Position numbers and translations under genes: made by a program
Shown: in pieces, positions 1 to 8,760 of the stretch
Position numbering within the stretch: the stretch's first letter is position 1
How the letters are laid out: every line of letters begins with the position of its first letter
Virus record (IMG/VR): IMGVR_UViG_3300028666_000003
DNA from: an uncultured virus (IMG/VR IMGVR_UViG_3300028666_000003)
Lineage: Duplodnaviria; Heunggongvirae; Uroviricota; Caudoviricetes
Length of the DNA: 64,000 nucleotides
Strand: one strand, 5' to 3'
The notes under the pieces: generated by a model
Told to the model about the DNA's origin: nothing
The model's database searches: none
The model's input: the letters and a program-made list of their open reading frames with translations, nothing else

Positions 1-731
1 TGATCCAGGACTAGGCACCATGCTGTGCGTTCCTTGCACGAGAATGTGAAGCATAGAACCTTGTGTTCCCAATCCAGTTTCTTGTAGGCATTCAGACTGG
101 TGGACTCGATGTCGAAACTGAAGGCAGGAGCATCCCACAGTTCCACAATCATCTGCTTGAACTTGGCAATGGTATCCACCAAGGTGTAGTTCACAGAGGA
201 CTTGATGGCAAAGACCCCTTCCCCTGCGTCAGCGATCTTGACCAGATCTGCCATGAAGGTTGGCATCGAATCGGGATAAGCGATGACCTGACCAGGATGG
301 AGAGTGGGCACGATAACTCGCCCATCAAGTTCCACTGCATTGCCATGGGCTGTGAGGATCGACTTCTGCTTGGCAATCATCTTGCAGGGAGTTGCACCCA
401 TAGGCACGATGATGGTTTTCTTGTCCACCTTAGCCAGAAGTTTCTCAGTGAGAGGATAGCAGTGCTGGCCCTCACGAATCTGTGCCTTAACTGCCTCACC
501 CGCGTTGCAGCGGGTGAGATAGGCCACTTCCATGTCGTTGGTATCAAATTCACAAGCACGTAGCAACCGCTTGAGTCGAGCCTTTCCTGAAGTAGTAAAC
601 TGATCACACACAAACAGGAACTTGGGACTGTAGTTGAAATCTTCTGGGGGTCTCCAGGTGTTGTCTGTTACGTGAAGCTTACACGTTTCACAGTTAGGCC
701 CTTGACTACAGGATATTTTTACCTCACCCAT
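1..731 (-). CDS. DNA polymerase (family A/SPO1-like), 5' part: degenerate family-4 UDG-like domain followed by 3'-5' exonuclease; runs off window edge
   Basis: Not in the ORF track. Manual translation from ATG at 731 (TAATG overlap) gives MGEVKISCSQGPNCETCKLH..KFLFVCDQ..LTRC..HCYP..IIVPMG..IVPTLHPG (UDG-F4 fold motifs), then FSFDIESTSL (ExoI DxE motif); open to position 1. Confidence 0.8.
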   Translation of the reverse strand, partial: MGEVKISCSQGPNCETCKLHVTDNTWRPPEDFNYSPKFLFVCDQFTTSGKARLKRLLRACEFDTNDMEVAYLTRCNAGEAVKAQIREGQHCYPLTEKLLAKVDKKTIIVPMGATPCKMIAKQKSILTAHGNAVELDGRVIVPTLHPGQVIAYPDSMPTFMADLVKIADAGEGVFAIKSSVNYTLVDTIAKFKQMIVELWDAPAFSFDIESTSLNAYKKLDWEHKVLCFTFSCKERTAWCLVLD

Positions 732-1177
732 TACGGATTCTCTTGACGCATCTGAGCCAGCTCATCGGCCATCTCCTGCTCAGGCAGGATGAGCTGATTC
801 AGAAGGAATATGGCGTGTTCCACATCCCCGGCGCCACGCCAGTTGGAAATCAATCCCATGATCTCCACCTCCAGAGCAGTCAAGCCGTTGTCCGTGCAGA
901 ACCGGATAAGATTGGCCGGAAAGGATTTAGTATGCATGATGCAGAGTGGCACCACATAATTCCAATCCTTGACCTGAATACGGGAGAGCAGTTTCTCAGC
1001 GTAGTGCTTGGACTTCAACAGGTCCTGCAGCCCATTTTTCTTGCGCCAGCGGGAGATATACTTGGTAATGCACCCCTCCAAGTATCGGCCTTCCAGGCAG
1101 TCGTGCACGAAGTCCCAGTGCTGGTATTGGGTCTGGTAGTGCTTGCCACCTACCTGGTATTCATTTGGATTACTCAT
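731..1177 (-). CDS. DUF3310-like protein (common in nucleotide-modification loci)
   Basis: QVGGKHY..QHWDF..YLEGCITKYISRWRKKNGLQDLLKSKHY signature. Confidence 0.8.
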   Translation of the reverse strand: MSNPNEYQVGGKHYQTQYQHWDFVHDCLEGRYLEGCITKYISRWRKKNGLQDLLKSKHYAEKLLSRIQVKDWNYVVPLCIMHTKSFPANLIRFCTDNGLTALEVEIMGLISNWRGAGDVEHAIFLLNQLILPEQEMADELAQMRQENP

Positions 1178-1722
1178 CTGATAGCCTCCAGCCAGTGTTG
1201 TTGAACTTCATTAACCACGATTCGTATCACTTCGTTGGGAGAAAATACTGACTGGAGGCCATAGACCATATCCATGACACGTTCATTCCACCAGCTAAAG
1301 CATCCATTCAAGGACTTGTTACCCATCATGCGTTCCTGGCAGCAGAATAGCATTCCTGATAGATAATCTGCCAGTTTCAGGATAAACTGCTCATCGGCGT
1401 TTAGAACAAAATTCCAATCACGCTGGACTAAAGCTCTGTGCTCCATGTCCTCAAGTTCCTGGCCACTAGGGAGTTGCAACTTGATGTGACCAGGCAAGTC
1501 CCCAGTGGTCTGTTCAGCCATGTCGTGTGCAATAGCAGCCATAATGAGGTTGTAGGAAGCCCCCTGCATCAATACATGACAGAGCCACGCCACCTGAAAG
1601 CTATGGGCTGCCACGGAGTTTTCACCGATGGTGTTACAGGTATGGAAGCGTTTGGTTTGGCCTCCCAGCACCGCAAACTGGACAGACCTGCGAAGTCTGC
1701 ACATTTCTTTGCCATCCATCAC
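1174..1722 (-). CDS. HD-domain 5'-deoxynucleotidase (YfbR-like)
   Basis: KRFHT..ENSVAAHSF..AHDMAE..TGDLP..KLAD motifs. Confidence 0.85.
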   Translation of the reverse strand: MMDGKEMCRLRRSVQFAVLGGQTKRFHTCNTIGENSVAAHSFQVAWLCHVLMQGASYNLIMAAIAHDMAEQTTGDLPGHIKLQLPSGQELEDMEHRALVQRDWNFVLNADEQFILKLADYLSGMLFCCQERMMGNKSLNGCFSWWNERVMDMVYGLQSVFSPNEVIRIVVNEVQQHWLEAIR

Positions 1723-2882
1723 ACACTCTCCTTCTTGAGAAAATCGTTAGCCAACCACTGCATGGCACGTGGCATCTGAGAGAGCAAAGCATCAGCCAGG
1801 TCCAGCGCCCTTGCCTTCCGGCAGTGATAAATCAGGAGCATACGAAACAGATTACACCAGTATTCAGGCACTTCGTATTCTGAGAATGCCTGATCCATAT
1901 TCATGATACAGGTGTTGTAGAAGGCTGACACTGTTCTGGCAGCATGATCGTTGGATTTGGCATTCTCGTAAATAGTGAGCATCTGATTGGTCAAGAAATT
2001 CCTGGACTGCTTCTCAAATGGGTCCCAATACTTGCTCACGAAGTTGTCAAACTCCTGGAGAGCCCAGCGCATGTCCCAGCCTTTGCCATAGAACGTGTCT
2101 GACAGTTTGTCCAGGTCTGCACCTTTGCTAACCCAGCCTTCCACAGTATCAAGAGTCTCAGGATACAGGTTCTTGTAATAGTGCAGGTTATTGGCCGTCA
2201 CGTGGTAGTCACCCACCTCCACCTGAAGGGAACCAGCCATAAGGGCTTGCAAATGAGACATCTGGATCATGTTGTAGGGCACACCCCAGATCAGGTCATT
2301 TGACCGGCGCACCACAGTCATGTTCAACCTGCCCTTGCGCACCCAGAAATACAATAGATTATTACATGGGTGGTCCTTGGACTGCACCAGGTTGTCTTTC
2401 ACGGGGTCCCAGAGACTCACCACAGCCTGACGAGTGTCATGATCCTGCAAAATCTTGGAGATCACATACTGCAGTTGGTCAATCTCCACTTCGCTAGACT
2501 GGATGCCCACAGTGCGGTTGTGGGGGATCTCCCTGAATGGGGATTCGTTGTAACCAGCATGTCTCACCCGCCTTCCGTAAGACCCATGGAAGTAAGGGAT
2601 GCCAGCATCCAGGAAATTGGTGATACTCTTGTTGTAGAACTTGATGAAATCAGCACCACCCTTGCCTGACCACATCCAGACTACTTCAGCCAAGGCAAAG
2701 AATGGATTGAGTTTGCGCCCTGGAATAAAAAGTGCCCACTCCTGGGGCTTTTCCAAACTCCAACCTACAGGATGCTCCATCTCAATTACTGACTGTCCTC
2801 GGGGTGCTGCGTAGTGGCCTTCTCGTTGAACCATCTCCAACAAGTCTGGGTAAATACAAAACAGATTACGACCTTTTTTCAT
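1719..2882 (-). CDS. Thymidylate synthase-family dUMP hydroxymethyltransferase (5hmdUMP synthase)
   Basis: DTRQAV, KDHPCN catalytic Cys, RSNDLIWGVPYN (Asn indicates dUMP specificity), NLHYY. Start moved to ATG 2882 behind an AGGAGG RBS. Confidence 0.8.
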   Translation of the reverse strand: MKKGRNLFCIYPDLLEMVQREGHYAAPRGQSVIEMEHPVGWSLEKPQEWALFIPGRKLNPFFALAEVVWMWSGKGGADFIKFYNKSITNFLDAGIPYFHGSYGRRVRHAGYNESPFREIPHNRTVGIQSSEVEIDQLQYVISKILQDHDTRQAVVSLWDPVKDNLVQSKDHPCNNLLYFWVRKGRLNMTVVRRSNDLIWGVPYNMIQMSHLQALMAGSLQVEVGDYHVTANNLHYYKNLYPETLDTVEGWVSKGADLDKLSDTFYGKGWDMRWALQEFDNFVSKYWDPFEKQSRNFLTNQMLTIYENAKSNDHAARTVSAFYNTCIMNMDQAFSEYEVPEYWCNLFRMLLIYHCRKARALDLADALLSQMPRAMQWLANDFLKKESV

Positions 2883-2899
2883 ACTGCCTCCTACCCTAA

Positions 2900-2927
2900 A
2901 TAACGGGTAGAACCTAGGAAAAGTTTC
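2900..2927 (-). promoter_or_regulatory. Putative phage-sigma promoter (AACTT-N15-CGTTAT)
   Basis: Matches a motif repeated at 3281, 9484, 12620, 14714 and 51141; lies directly upstream of the hydroxymethylase RBS. Confidence 0.55.
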
Positions 2928-2931
2928 ACAA

Positions 2932-2972
2932 GAGAAAGGCCCCGCCGCGTTGTATGGGCAGGGCCTTTGTCT
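2932..2972 (-). terminator. Intrinsic terminator-like hairpin
   Basis: AAAGGCCC...GGGCCTTT inverted repeat followed by TTTCTCTT on the minus strand. Confidence 0.55.
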
Positions 2973-2974
2973 CA

Positions 2975-3278
2975 CATTGGATCGTTCTCAGAGCGAGTTC
3001 GCAGTGCAGTGACGCTCTGGGCGCCCACAGGCATACCTAAGCACAGATGTCTCTGGCGTGGCGGCTGCCCCGCCTGAACAGGCCACGTGGGCCACGGAGA
3101 AAGCCAGGTGATCCGTCCCTGGCTATGCATCCCCTCTTGGGGTCCACGACTGCAGCCTCACTGCAGCGGGTAGGCCATGACGGCGCCAGTGCGGTCTTGT
3201 AGACCATCGGCACCGTGGGAGGCATCCCAAAGAGGGTGAAAACGAAAAAGCGCATAGGTGAATTTTCCCTTCTGCACT
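2975..3278 (-). ncRNA. Candidate ~300-nt structured noncoding RNA (alternatively 72-aa ORF 3037..3255)
   Basis: Own promoter motif upstream and terminator downstream; many nested complementary segments. Confidence 0.45.
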
Positions 3279-3280
3279 AA

Positions 3281-3308
3281 GTAACGTGGTGGGGCGACGA
3301 AAGGATTA
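3281..3308 (-). promoter_or_regulatory. Putative phage-sigma promoter (ATCCT-N15-CGTTAC)
   Basis: TAATCCT ttcgtcgccccacca CGTTAC on the minus strand. Confidence 0.6.
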
Positions 3309-3311
3309 AAT

Positions 3312-3806
3312 TTATTTTTCCAGACTTTTCTTGTTGGCCCAATACAAGAGTTTTGCTGCTATACACTTCTGTCGTTTTTGGTCCGAGCATGGTTTCTGAT
3401 TCAAAGCGTTTAGTCTTAACTGCTGCACAAGTTCAGGTCGGTCTTGTAACCTGGTCCTTACTATCTGGGACAGCTGTGCCTTCACTTCAGGAGTGGCCTT
3501 GGTGCCTCCAGGAGATCCAGCAATGGGATACATATTGTAGCCATGATTGCAATCTGCACTCTGGAAAATGATCATGAAAAGTTGTTCCAACCGTAGCATG
3601 TCCTTCTTGGAACACTCCATAAGCACTCGAAACTGAAAGGCATCCTTGCCATACTTGTTCCATGCCCTCTGGAGGTAAACACTGTGATGCACGTTCCGTC
3701 TCAGCTCTGACTGGTGTTCACTCCATCGCTTTTCCACGTGTATGGAAGAGCCAATATAAGCCCTCCCGTCCACCATATTTGTGATGCAATAGACACCAAT
3801 GGACAC
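3312..3806 (-). CDS. GIY-YIG homing endonuclease (free-standing)
   Basis: GVYCITN..AYIGSS..RWSEH..LQRAWNKYG..E..GYN. Confidence 0.9.
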   Translation of the reverse strand: MSIGVYCITNMVDGRAYIGSSIHVEKRWSEHQSELRRNVHHSVYLQRAWNKYGKDAFQFRVLMECSKKDMLRLEQLFMIIFQSADCNHGYNMYPIAGSPGGTKATPEVKAQLSQIVRTRLQDRPELVQQLRLNALNQKPCSDQKRQKCIAAKLLYWANKKSLEK

Positions 3807-3809
3807 AAG

Positions 3810-4787
3810 TCACCCCTTCAGGCGTTCAAAGTCTGCTTGACCTGGTTTTGCGTGCACAGTAAATTTGTTTCTGGGGCGCCCAGTTCCATTCAGAGCCTTG
3901 AGGTACTTAAATACCTCACAGCAACAGTGTTCTATATTTCTCAGGGTGAGCCAACGACCATCGTAAGCAATAGCCTCAAAAGGGAGCTTAAGCCTCGCAA
4001 ATTCCCTTTCCTGTGCTTGCCTGAGAACCTTTATCATCCAAGCACAATCATTGGGTTTGATACCTGGGAATATAGCAGCAAGTCCTCTCTGGCACCCTGG
4101 GCCAGCGTTGACCCACTCGTCCTCTCCAAGATTATTCCATTCACAATAGGAGATATCAACTGCCATCTCATATGCAAGGAAAGGCCCAATACCTGGAAAT
4201 GCAGTCAGAGCCTTGTGAATCGTTTCAAGGCTTTTTGCCTTGTTAATGATTCGCATCAAGACTTCCATGCCCATGATGACACCATGGAAAATATACTCGA
4301 AGCGTTCCAATTTGTCTTTCCCAGGGAAATGTTCGTATGCACATGTCATATGTGCATCCGTGTAGAGTGAGTTGCCATCGTCAGCCCACTCACGCAAGAT
4401 GGTGAAAGCCTTGCGGAATCCCTTGTCCGTGGCCCAGCGCCCAAACGACCTGAAACCCAGGTGGTCATAGGTGCTGACACGGTTGAACATGCGATACACG
4501 ATGATGTTCCACACCTGGTCTACAGGTTCCATCTTCTCACAGATGTTGTCCAGCAGGTAGATGGTGCCCCGGTCCAGCTCACGGTAGACATTCGTGAACT
4601 TGTATTCGTTGAAAATGGGATTGTCACTCCATGGAGCCCTCATGCCCATGATGAAGCGTTTGTGCCAGATCTCCTGGCGATCATAGATGAACTGCCAGAA
4701 CCTGTCCAGATTTTCCTGATTGATACCCAACTTCTTTTCCAGGAGAGAATCCTGCAGGGTGACCATTGCGTCCAAAGTCGCACTCAT
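3810..4787 (-). CDS. aGPT-Pplase1 / 5-hmdU DNA kinase helical-domain protein
   Basis: ERQ-like DRQEIW, PWSDNPIFNEYKFTNVYRELDRGT, HhH-like PGIGPFLAYE, GPG, IEHCCCEVFKY. Confidence 0.8.
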   Translation of the reverse strand: MSATLDAMVTLQDSLLEKKLGINQENLDRFWQFIYDRQEIWHKRFIMGMRAPWSDNPIFNEYKFTNVYRELDRGTIYLLDNICEKMEPVDQVWNIIVYRMFNRVSTYDHLGFRSFGRWATDKGFRKAFTILREWADDGNSLYTDAHMTCAYEHFPGKDKLERFEYIFHGVIMGMEVLMRIINKAKSLETIHKALTAFPGIGPFLAYEMAVDISYCEWNNLGEDEWVNAGPGCQRGLAAIFPGIKPNDCAWMIKVLRQAQEREFARLKLPFEAIAYDGRWLTLRNIEHCCCEVFKYLKALNGTGRPRNKFTVHAKPGQADFERLKG

Positions 4788-4796
4788 AATACACTC

Positions 4797-5498
4797 CTAA
4801 AAAACAGGTCCAAGATCCGGGTAAAGCCCACAGAACCGCTTGAACACGTCTTCCATGGTGCCACTTGTCTTCAGAACTTTACAATCCACATCGCCTTGTT
4901 CCAGGTAGAACTTCAATTGCCTTATGCTGTTCTGATACTTCTGCGCCACGAGAGCAGTGTTTATCTCTTTGCCTCCATTGCGAATCTGAATGCGACGGAG
5001 TGCCTCTTTGAGAGGAGTCCCCATAAAACAGAAACTTACTTGCCTTGAATGGACTTCTCTGAAACCTTTCATGATCTCGTAAAAAGTGCTGCAAATATCC
5101 CCCACGATGACCCCCTCAAAGAGAATGTGGACATCCTTCTTCCACAGCGCTTTAAGGATCTGTTTGACAACTTGAGTGTCTCCCAATGAGTCACAACCAC
5201 CACACGCAGTATCCTTGAGATAAAGACCGATGAGGACCACTCCATATTGGGGTAGAAACGTAGCAACAGGCTTCTTATCCAACTGGGTGAGCGTAAGTAA
5301 GACAGCCTTCTTGTCATGCTGAATCATCCTCATCGGAATGGTGGACTTGCCTGTGCCATTTGCGCCTTTAAGATTGATTGCGTAAAGAGGCTTTCGGGGG
5401 CCTTTCGCAGCTTTTAGCGTGGAAAGTCTCCAGACGGGAATCCCATCGTAGCTGCTGATCCAAAGTTCCTCATCTCTTTCGATAGATCTGCGTGCCAT
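4797..5498 (-). CDS. P-loop nucleotide kinase (5hmdU-DNA kinase-type)
   Basis: INLKGANGTGKST Walker A; IGLY..CGGCD; ILFEG; lies between the aGPT-Pplase genes. Confidence 0.75.
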   Translation of the reverse strand: MARRSIERDEELWISSYDGIPVWRLSTLKAAKGPRKPLYAINLKGANGTGKSTIPMRMIQHDKKAVLLTLTQLDKKPVATFLPQYGVVLIGLYLKDTACGGCDSLGDTQVVKQILKALWKKDVHILFEGVIVGDICSTFYEIMKGFREVHSRQVSFCFMGTPLKEALRRIQIRNGGKEINTALVAQKYQNSIRQLKFYLEQGDVDCKVLKTSGTMEDVFKRFCGLYPDLGPVF

Positions 5499-7410
5499 TG
5501 AGAATCCCTCTCTTGGTAAACGGTGCAAGGCCAATCATGTGACCAGTATCACGCATTACATGTTCCATGCTTTTCTGAATACACAGTTGCGGAGGTTTCT
5601 GATATTCTCCAAGCAATTCCCACATCAGGCACTCTTTACGGAATTGCCAAAGCACCATCCAATCCACGCCACTTGTGATATCGGTCTCTTGCATTTGCAG
5701 GATTTCATCGGCGCCTCTGGAAAGATAGTATCCCAAATACCTGCCCTTGGTTGGTCTCCAATAGCCCTTCCAGGAGCACAAGCAGGATTCCATGAACCAA
5801 TAATCCATGGGCACATCAGGATATTCATCCTTGATCTCTTTCATGAGAGCCTCCAGACCCTCTTCTAGTTCTGTCCACTCCTCCTGAGTGAGCTTTGCTT
5901 TTGCCCAATCGGGCCTGTTTAGGGCGTAACATAAGCCTGCACGCGGAGATGCGGCATCTTTCAAGAAAACGGTATCAGCCTGTATTGGCATGCCCATGCA
6001 CCTTGCAAGGGCTTCAGTCATGATATAGGTTGCGTATCTTCCAAATCGAGTGAGAGTCTTGAGTTTATCAAATACCTTGTGAAAGTTCTTGACTGGGTCT
6101 TTGCTCTTCAGAAGTTTGCTGTAAAACTCTTCCTGAGCATTAGGAGTCTGAGAACCAATCATGTCCTTGTAAGACAGGAACATCTCCACGAAATGCCCCT
6201 TCTCCCATTTACGGTCTGTATTATACCGGAGTTTCTGCCAGTTTGCAGCGTGCCACCGTTCAAGTCTGCCTACATCCACCTTTTCAAATTCTGGAAACTC
6301 CTGGAGCACATAGAATACGGTCCCAGGTTGATAGAAAACACCATAGAGCCAACAAATCCAATATTCCTGAGACTTGCTGAACTCAAATCTTTGAAAAAGG
6401 TAATTGAGCATGGGGTATGCAACGTCAATTTCCCAGGACGTGATGGCAGCCACAGAGTAGTGCTTGAAGCAGGTTCGCATGTCCTTGCGGTAATCCCTGG
6501 TCTTGCCATTGTCCATCTGCAGGTCTTTTCCACGGTTGGTCTGCTTTCTGTTGTCCAACCATTGATGATAAATGATGTCAGGCCGCTGGAACCTAAATTC
6601 CTTGGGGTATGAAAAAGGGAGCTCAATAGCATCCCGGTTAATGTGCTTGTCCAAGGTGTAGACAGTATATGGCTTTGCTTCCCAGATAGCAACTCCAAGA
6701 TCCTCGGTGATACCTGACTTCTTGATAGCTCTCTGGATAATGTCACGAGTGGAAGCAAATCCAATAAATCCCCAGGCTTTGATGAACACAAACCATAGCG
6801 GTCGAATGTGGTCCCTGATGGCATAGACGTTTCCATCTCCATCCAGGAATCCACAGGCAAAGATTGGGGGGTCAACCCGGTGAATCCTGTCAAGTCCTTC
6901 AGCAATCGCTGATCGAATAACGCCAGATCCCTCATCGGTGATGCCTGATCCCTCCATGACCACGATGGCATTTTCAATCTCCTCAAGGATGATCTCCGAG
7001 TCATTATCAGTCTTGCAGGACACGTTGTAGAGGGGCTCATACTCTTCACGGGTGGCCATGGACACAAGACCATTATGAACGATGGCCAATCTTCCAACCG
7101 CGATAGGCTGATTATTGGCGTTGGTTTCCCAGTCTCCACTCGTGCTGTAGCGGGTATGCGCGATGAGGGACATGGGTCTGTCCCTGCGCATATCTTCCCA
7201 CTCCCTAGACTTCAGGAACTCACTAGCGGGCACAGGGGACTTCCTGACCTGTAGTCTCCAGCGGTCTGTGTATTCAGGCCCACGTAACCAGGATACTCCT
7301 GTGGCGTGCATCCCACGAATCTGACTCTGAAGCATAAGTTGTTCAACAAAATTCAACGCCTCATGCTGATGAGTTTTGTTCAACAACCTACATCCTACAA
7401 TCCCGCACAC
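5470..7410 (-). CDS. Class II (Ntn) glutamine amidotransferase fused to aGPT-Pplase2/amino acid:DNA transferase domain
   Basis: GTG start at 7410 after GGAG gives MCGIVG; RGMHATG, AHTRYST, NNQP, HNG, TDNDSE, RD..RPL. C-terminal EIDVAY, YWICWLY, TDRK, RFGRY, ESCLCSWK, RYLGYY. Confidence 0.8.
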   Translation of the reverse strand: MCGIVGCRLLNKTHQHEALNFVEQLMLQSQIRGMHATGVSWLRGPEYTDRWRLQVRKSPVPASEFLKSREWEDMRRDRPMSLIAHTRYSTSGDWETNANNQPIAVGRLAIVHNGLVSMATREEYEPLYNVSCKTDNDSEIILEEIENAIVVMEGSGITDEGSGVIRSAIAEGLDRIHRVDPPIFACGFLDGDGNVYAIRDHIRPLWFVFIKAWGFIGFASTRDIIQRAIKKSGITEDLGVAIWEAKPYTVYTLDKHINRDAIELPFSYPKEFRFQRPDIIYHQWLDNRKQTNRGKDLQMDNGKTRDYRKDMRTCFKHYSVAAITSWEIDVAYPMLNYLFQRFEFSKSQEYWICWLYGVFYQPGTVFYVLQEFPEFEKVDVGRLERWHAANWQKLRYNTDRKWEKGHFVEMFLSYKDMIGSQTPNAQEEFYSKLLKSKDPVKNFHKVFDKLKTLTRFGRYATYIMTEALARCMGMPIQADTVFLKDAASPRAGLCYALNRPDWAKAKLTQEEWTELEEGLEALMKEIKDEYPDVPMDYWFMESCLCSWKGYWRPTKGRYLGYYLSRGADEILQMQETDITSGVDWMVLWQFRKECLMWELLGEYQKPPQLCIQKSMEHVMRDTGHMIGLAPFTKRGILNGTQIYRKR

Positions 7411-7468
7411 ATCAGACTCCAAATACAAGACAGGGGTCGCATGGACCCCTGCCGTTGGTGTTGTGAAG

Positions 7469-7669
7469 CTACTTGCTGACCTTCAGGGTCATGATCAGGG
7501 ACTTGGGGGGCTCCACGTCAGCCCCGTTGAACACTGCCAGGTCCTTGGGGAAGTAGACATTGGACATGCCCTCATCCATGTTGGAGAACACATGGGTGCC
7601 CTTCGTGGACTTGACGAAAGTCAGACTGATGCTGGTCTCGGTGGATGCTTTCTTGGTCTCAGCGGCCAT
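7469..7669 (-). CDS. Small hypothetical protein
   Basis: RBS AAGGA, biased codons, followed by hairpin at 7432-7451. Confidence 0.6.
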   Translation of the reverse strand: MAAETKKASTETSISLTFVKSTKGTHVFSNMDEGMSNVYFPKDLAVFNGADVEPPKSLIMTLKVSK

Positions 7670-7741
7670 TTCTGGTCCTTTCTAGGAAAACAGGGGAACA
7701 CCGTGATGGCATTCCCCTGTAGGTTTGGCGCCGGTGTTGAA

Positions 7742-8719
7742 CTACTTCTTGGCCTTGGCCGCCGACTTGCCCTGCTCGCCCAGGAACTTCTTCATGGACA
7801 TGACGCAGAGCATGCGGTCGATGCGCGGATCGTCCTTGCGGTCCCACTTGACACCGGCCTTCTTGGCCGCCTTGAACAGCGCCTCGTTCTCCTTGTAGGT
7901 GGTCTTGAGCTTGTCCACGAACTCGGCCTGGAGGGTGTTGAGGGCCGGAGCAGCCTTCTTCTCCTTCTTGGCCTTGGGCTCGGGCTCGGCCTTGGTGGTC
8001 TTCTTGGACTTCTTGGGGGCTTCCTCTTCTTCGTCTTCGTCCTCATCCCCCTCTTCGTCCACTTCCTCCAGGTCCAGGTCTTCGTCTTCCTCATCGTCCT
8101 CTTCGACGACGGGCTTGGCGGCCTTCTTGACTGGCTTCAGGTCCTTGGCCGCAGCCTTCGCGGGGGTCTTGGTGATGACTTCGTCCTCTTCGTCATCCTC
8201 TTCCACGGTCTTCTTGGCCTTGGTGTCGGGCTTCTTGCTCATGATGGTGTCCTCCTGGGACGGGGTGCTTTCCAGGGCAAGCACTTGGAGTTGGTTGTGA
8301 GAAACTACCAGAACAACCTTGTTCCCCTGGGACAAGGTTCTTGCGATCTGGCCTGTTTTTTGAGAAAGCACTTCCCGCAGATCATCCACATCAGCACGTT
8401 TGCCAAGGGGATAGACCACGTGAACTCGCTCTGCTGGAACCATGACTTCAGCAGATCCGTTGTGGGTGCACTTTGCTTTGCACTCCACTCGATCCAAGCA
8501 GACCTTGCATTCCACTGCGGTTCCGTCATGGAATCGGGCGAAACAGTCAGGCACTAACGAATGCTTGTCGCTCATGGTTGTCCTCAGAATCTGTTGAATT
8601 TTGAACTCAGGTTTCTTGCAGTGCGCACGAATCCATCGGGTTAAGGCTGGGGAAAGGGTGGTGGGAATCCCCTTGGACAGGATGCTATCGATGATGCTGT
8701 CCAATTCCTGCAGACTCAT
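7742..8719 (-). CDS. Cys-rich N-terminal domain in frame with a Lys/Asp/Glu-rich histone-like protein (internal start at 8242)
   Basis: DCF..ECKVC..ECKAKC; strong AGGAGG-ATG at 8242 begins MSKKPDTKAKK with acidic tracts. Confidence 0.65.
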   Translation of the reverse strand: MSLQELDSIIDSILSKGIPTTLSPALTRWIRAHCKKPEFKIQQILRTTMSDKHSLVPDCFARFHDGTAVECKVCLDRVECKAKCTHNGSAEVMVPAERVHVVYPLGKRADVDDLREVLSQKTGQIARTLSQGNKVVLVVSHNQLQVLALESTPSQEDTIMSKKPDTKAKKTVEEDDEEDEVITKTPAKAAAKDLKPVKKAAKPVVEEDDEEDEDLDLEEVDEEGDEDEDEEEEAPKKSKKTTKAEPEPKAKKEKKAAPALNTLQAEFVDKLKTTYKENEALFKAAKKAGVKWDRKDDPRIDRMLCVMSMKKFLGEQGKSAAKAKK

Positions 8720-8760
8720 GTGATCGTGGGCTAACCCACCAAGCTCAAAGACAATGAGCT

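Noticed and set aside
1719..2882. dCMP hydroxymethylase (cytosine modification)
   Set aside because: The specificity residue is Asn (GVPYN) rather than Asp, and the neighbours are 5hmdU-pathway genes.
2975..3806. Group I intron containing the GIY-YIG ORF
   Set aside because: Both flanking genes look complete with their own start and stop, I could not identify the conserved intron core, and a promoter motif separates the nuclease from the structured segment.
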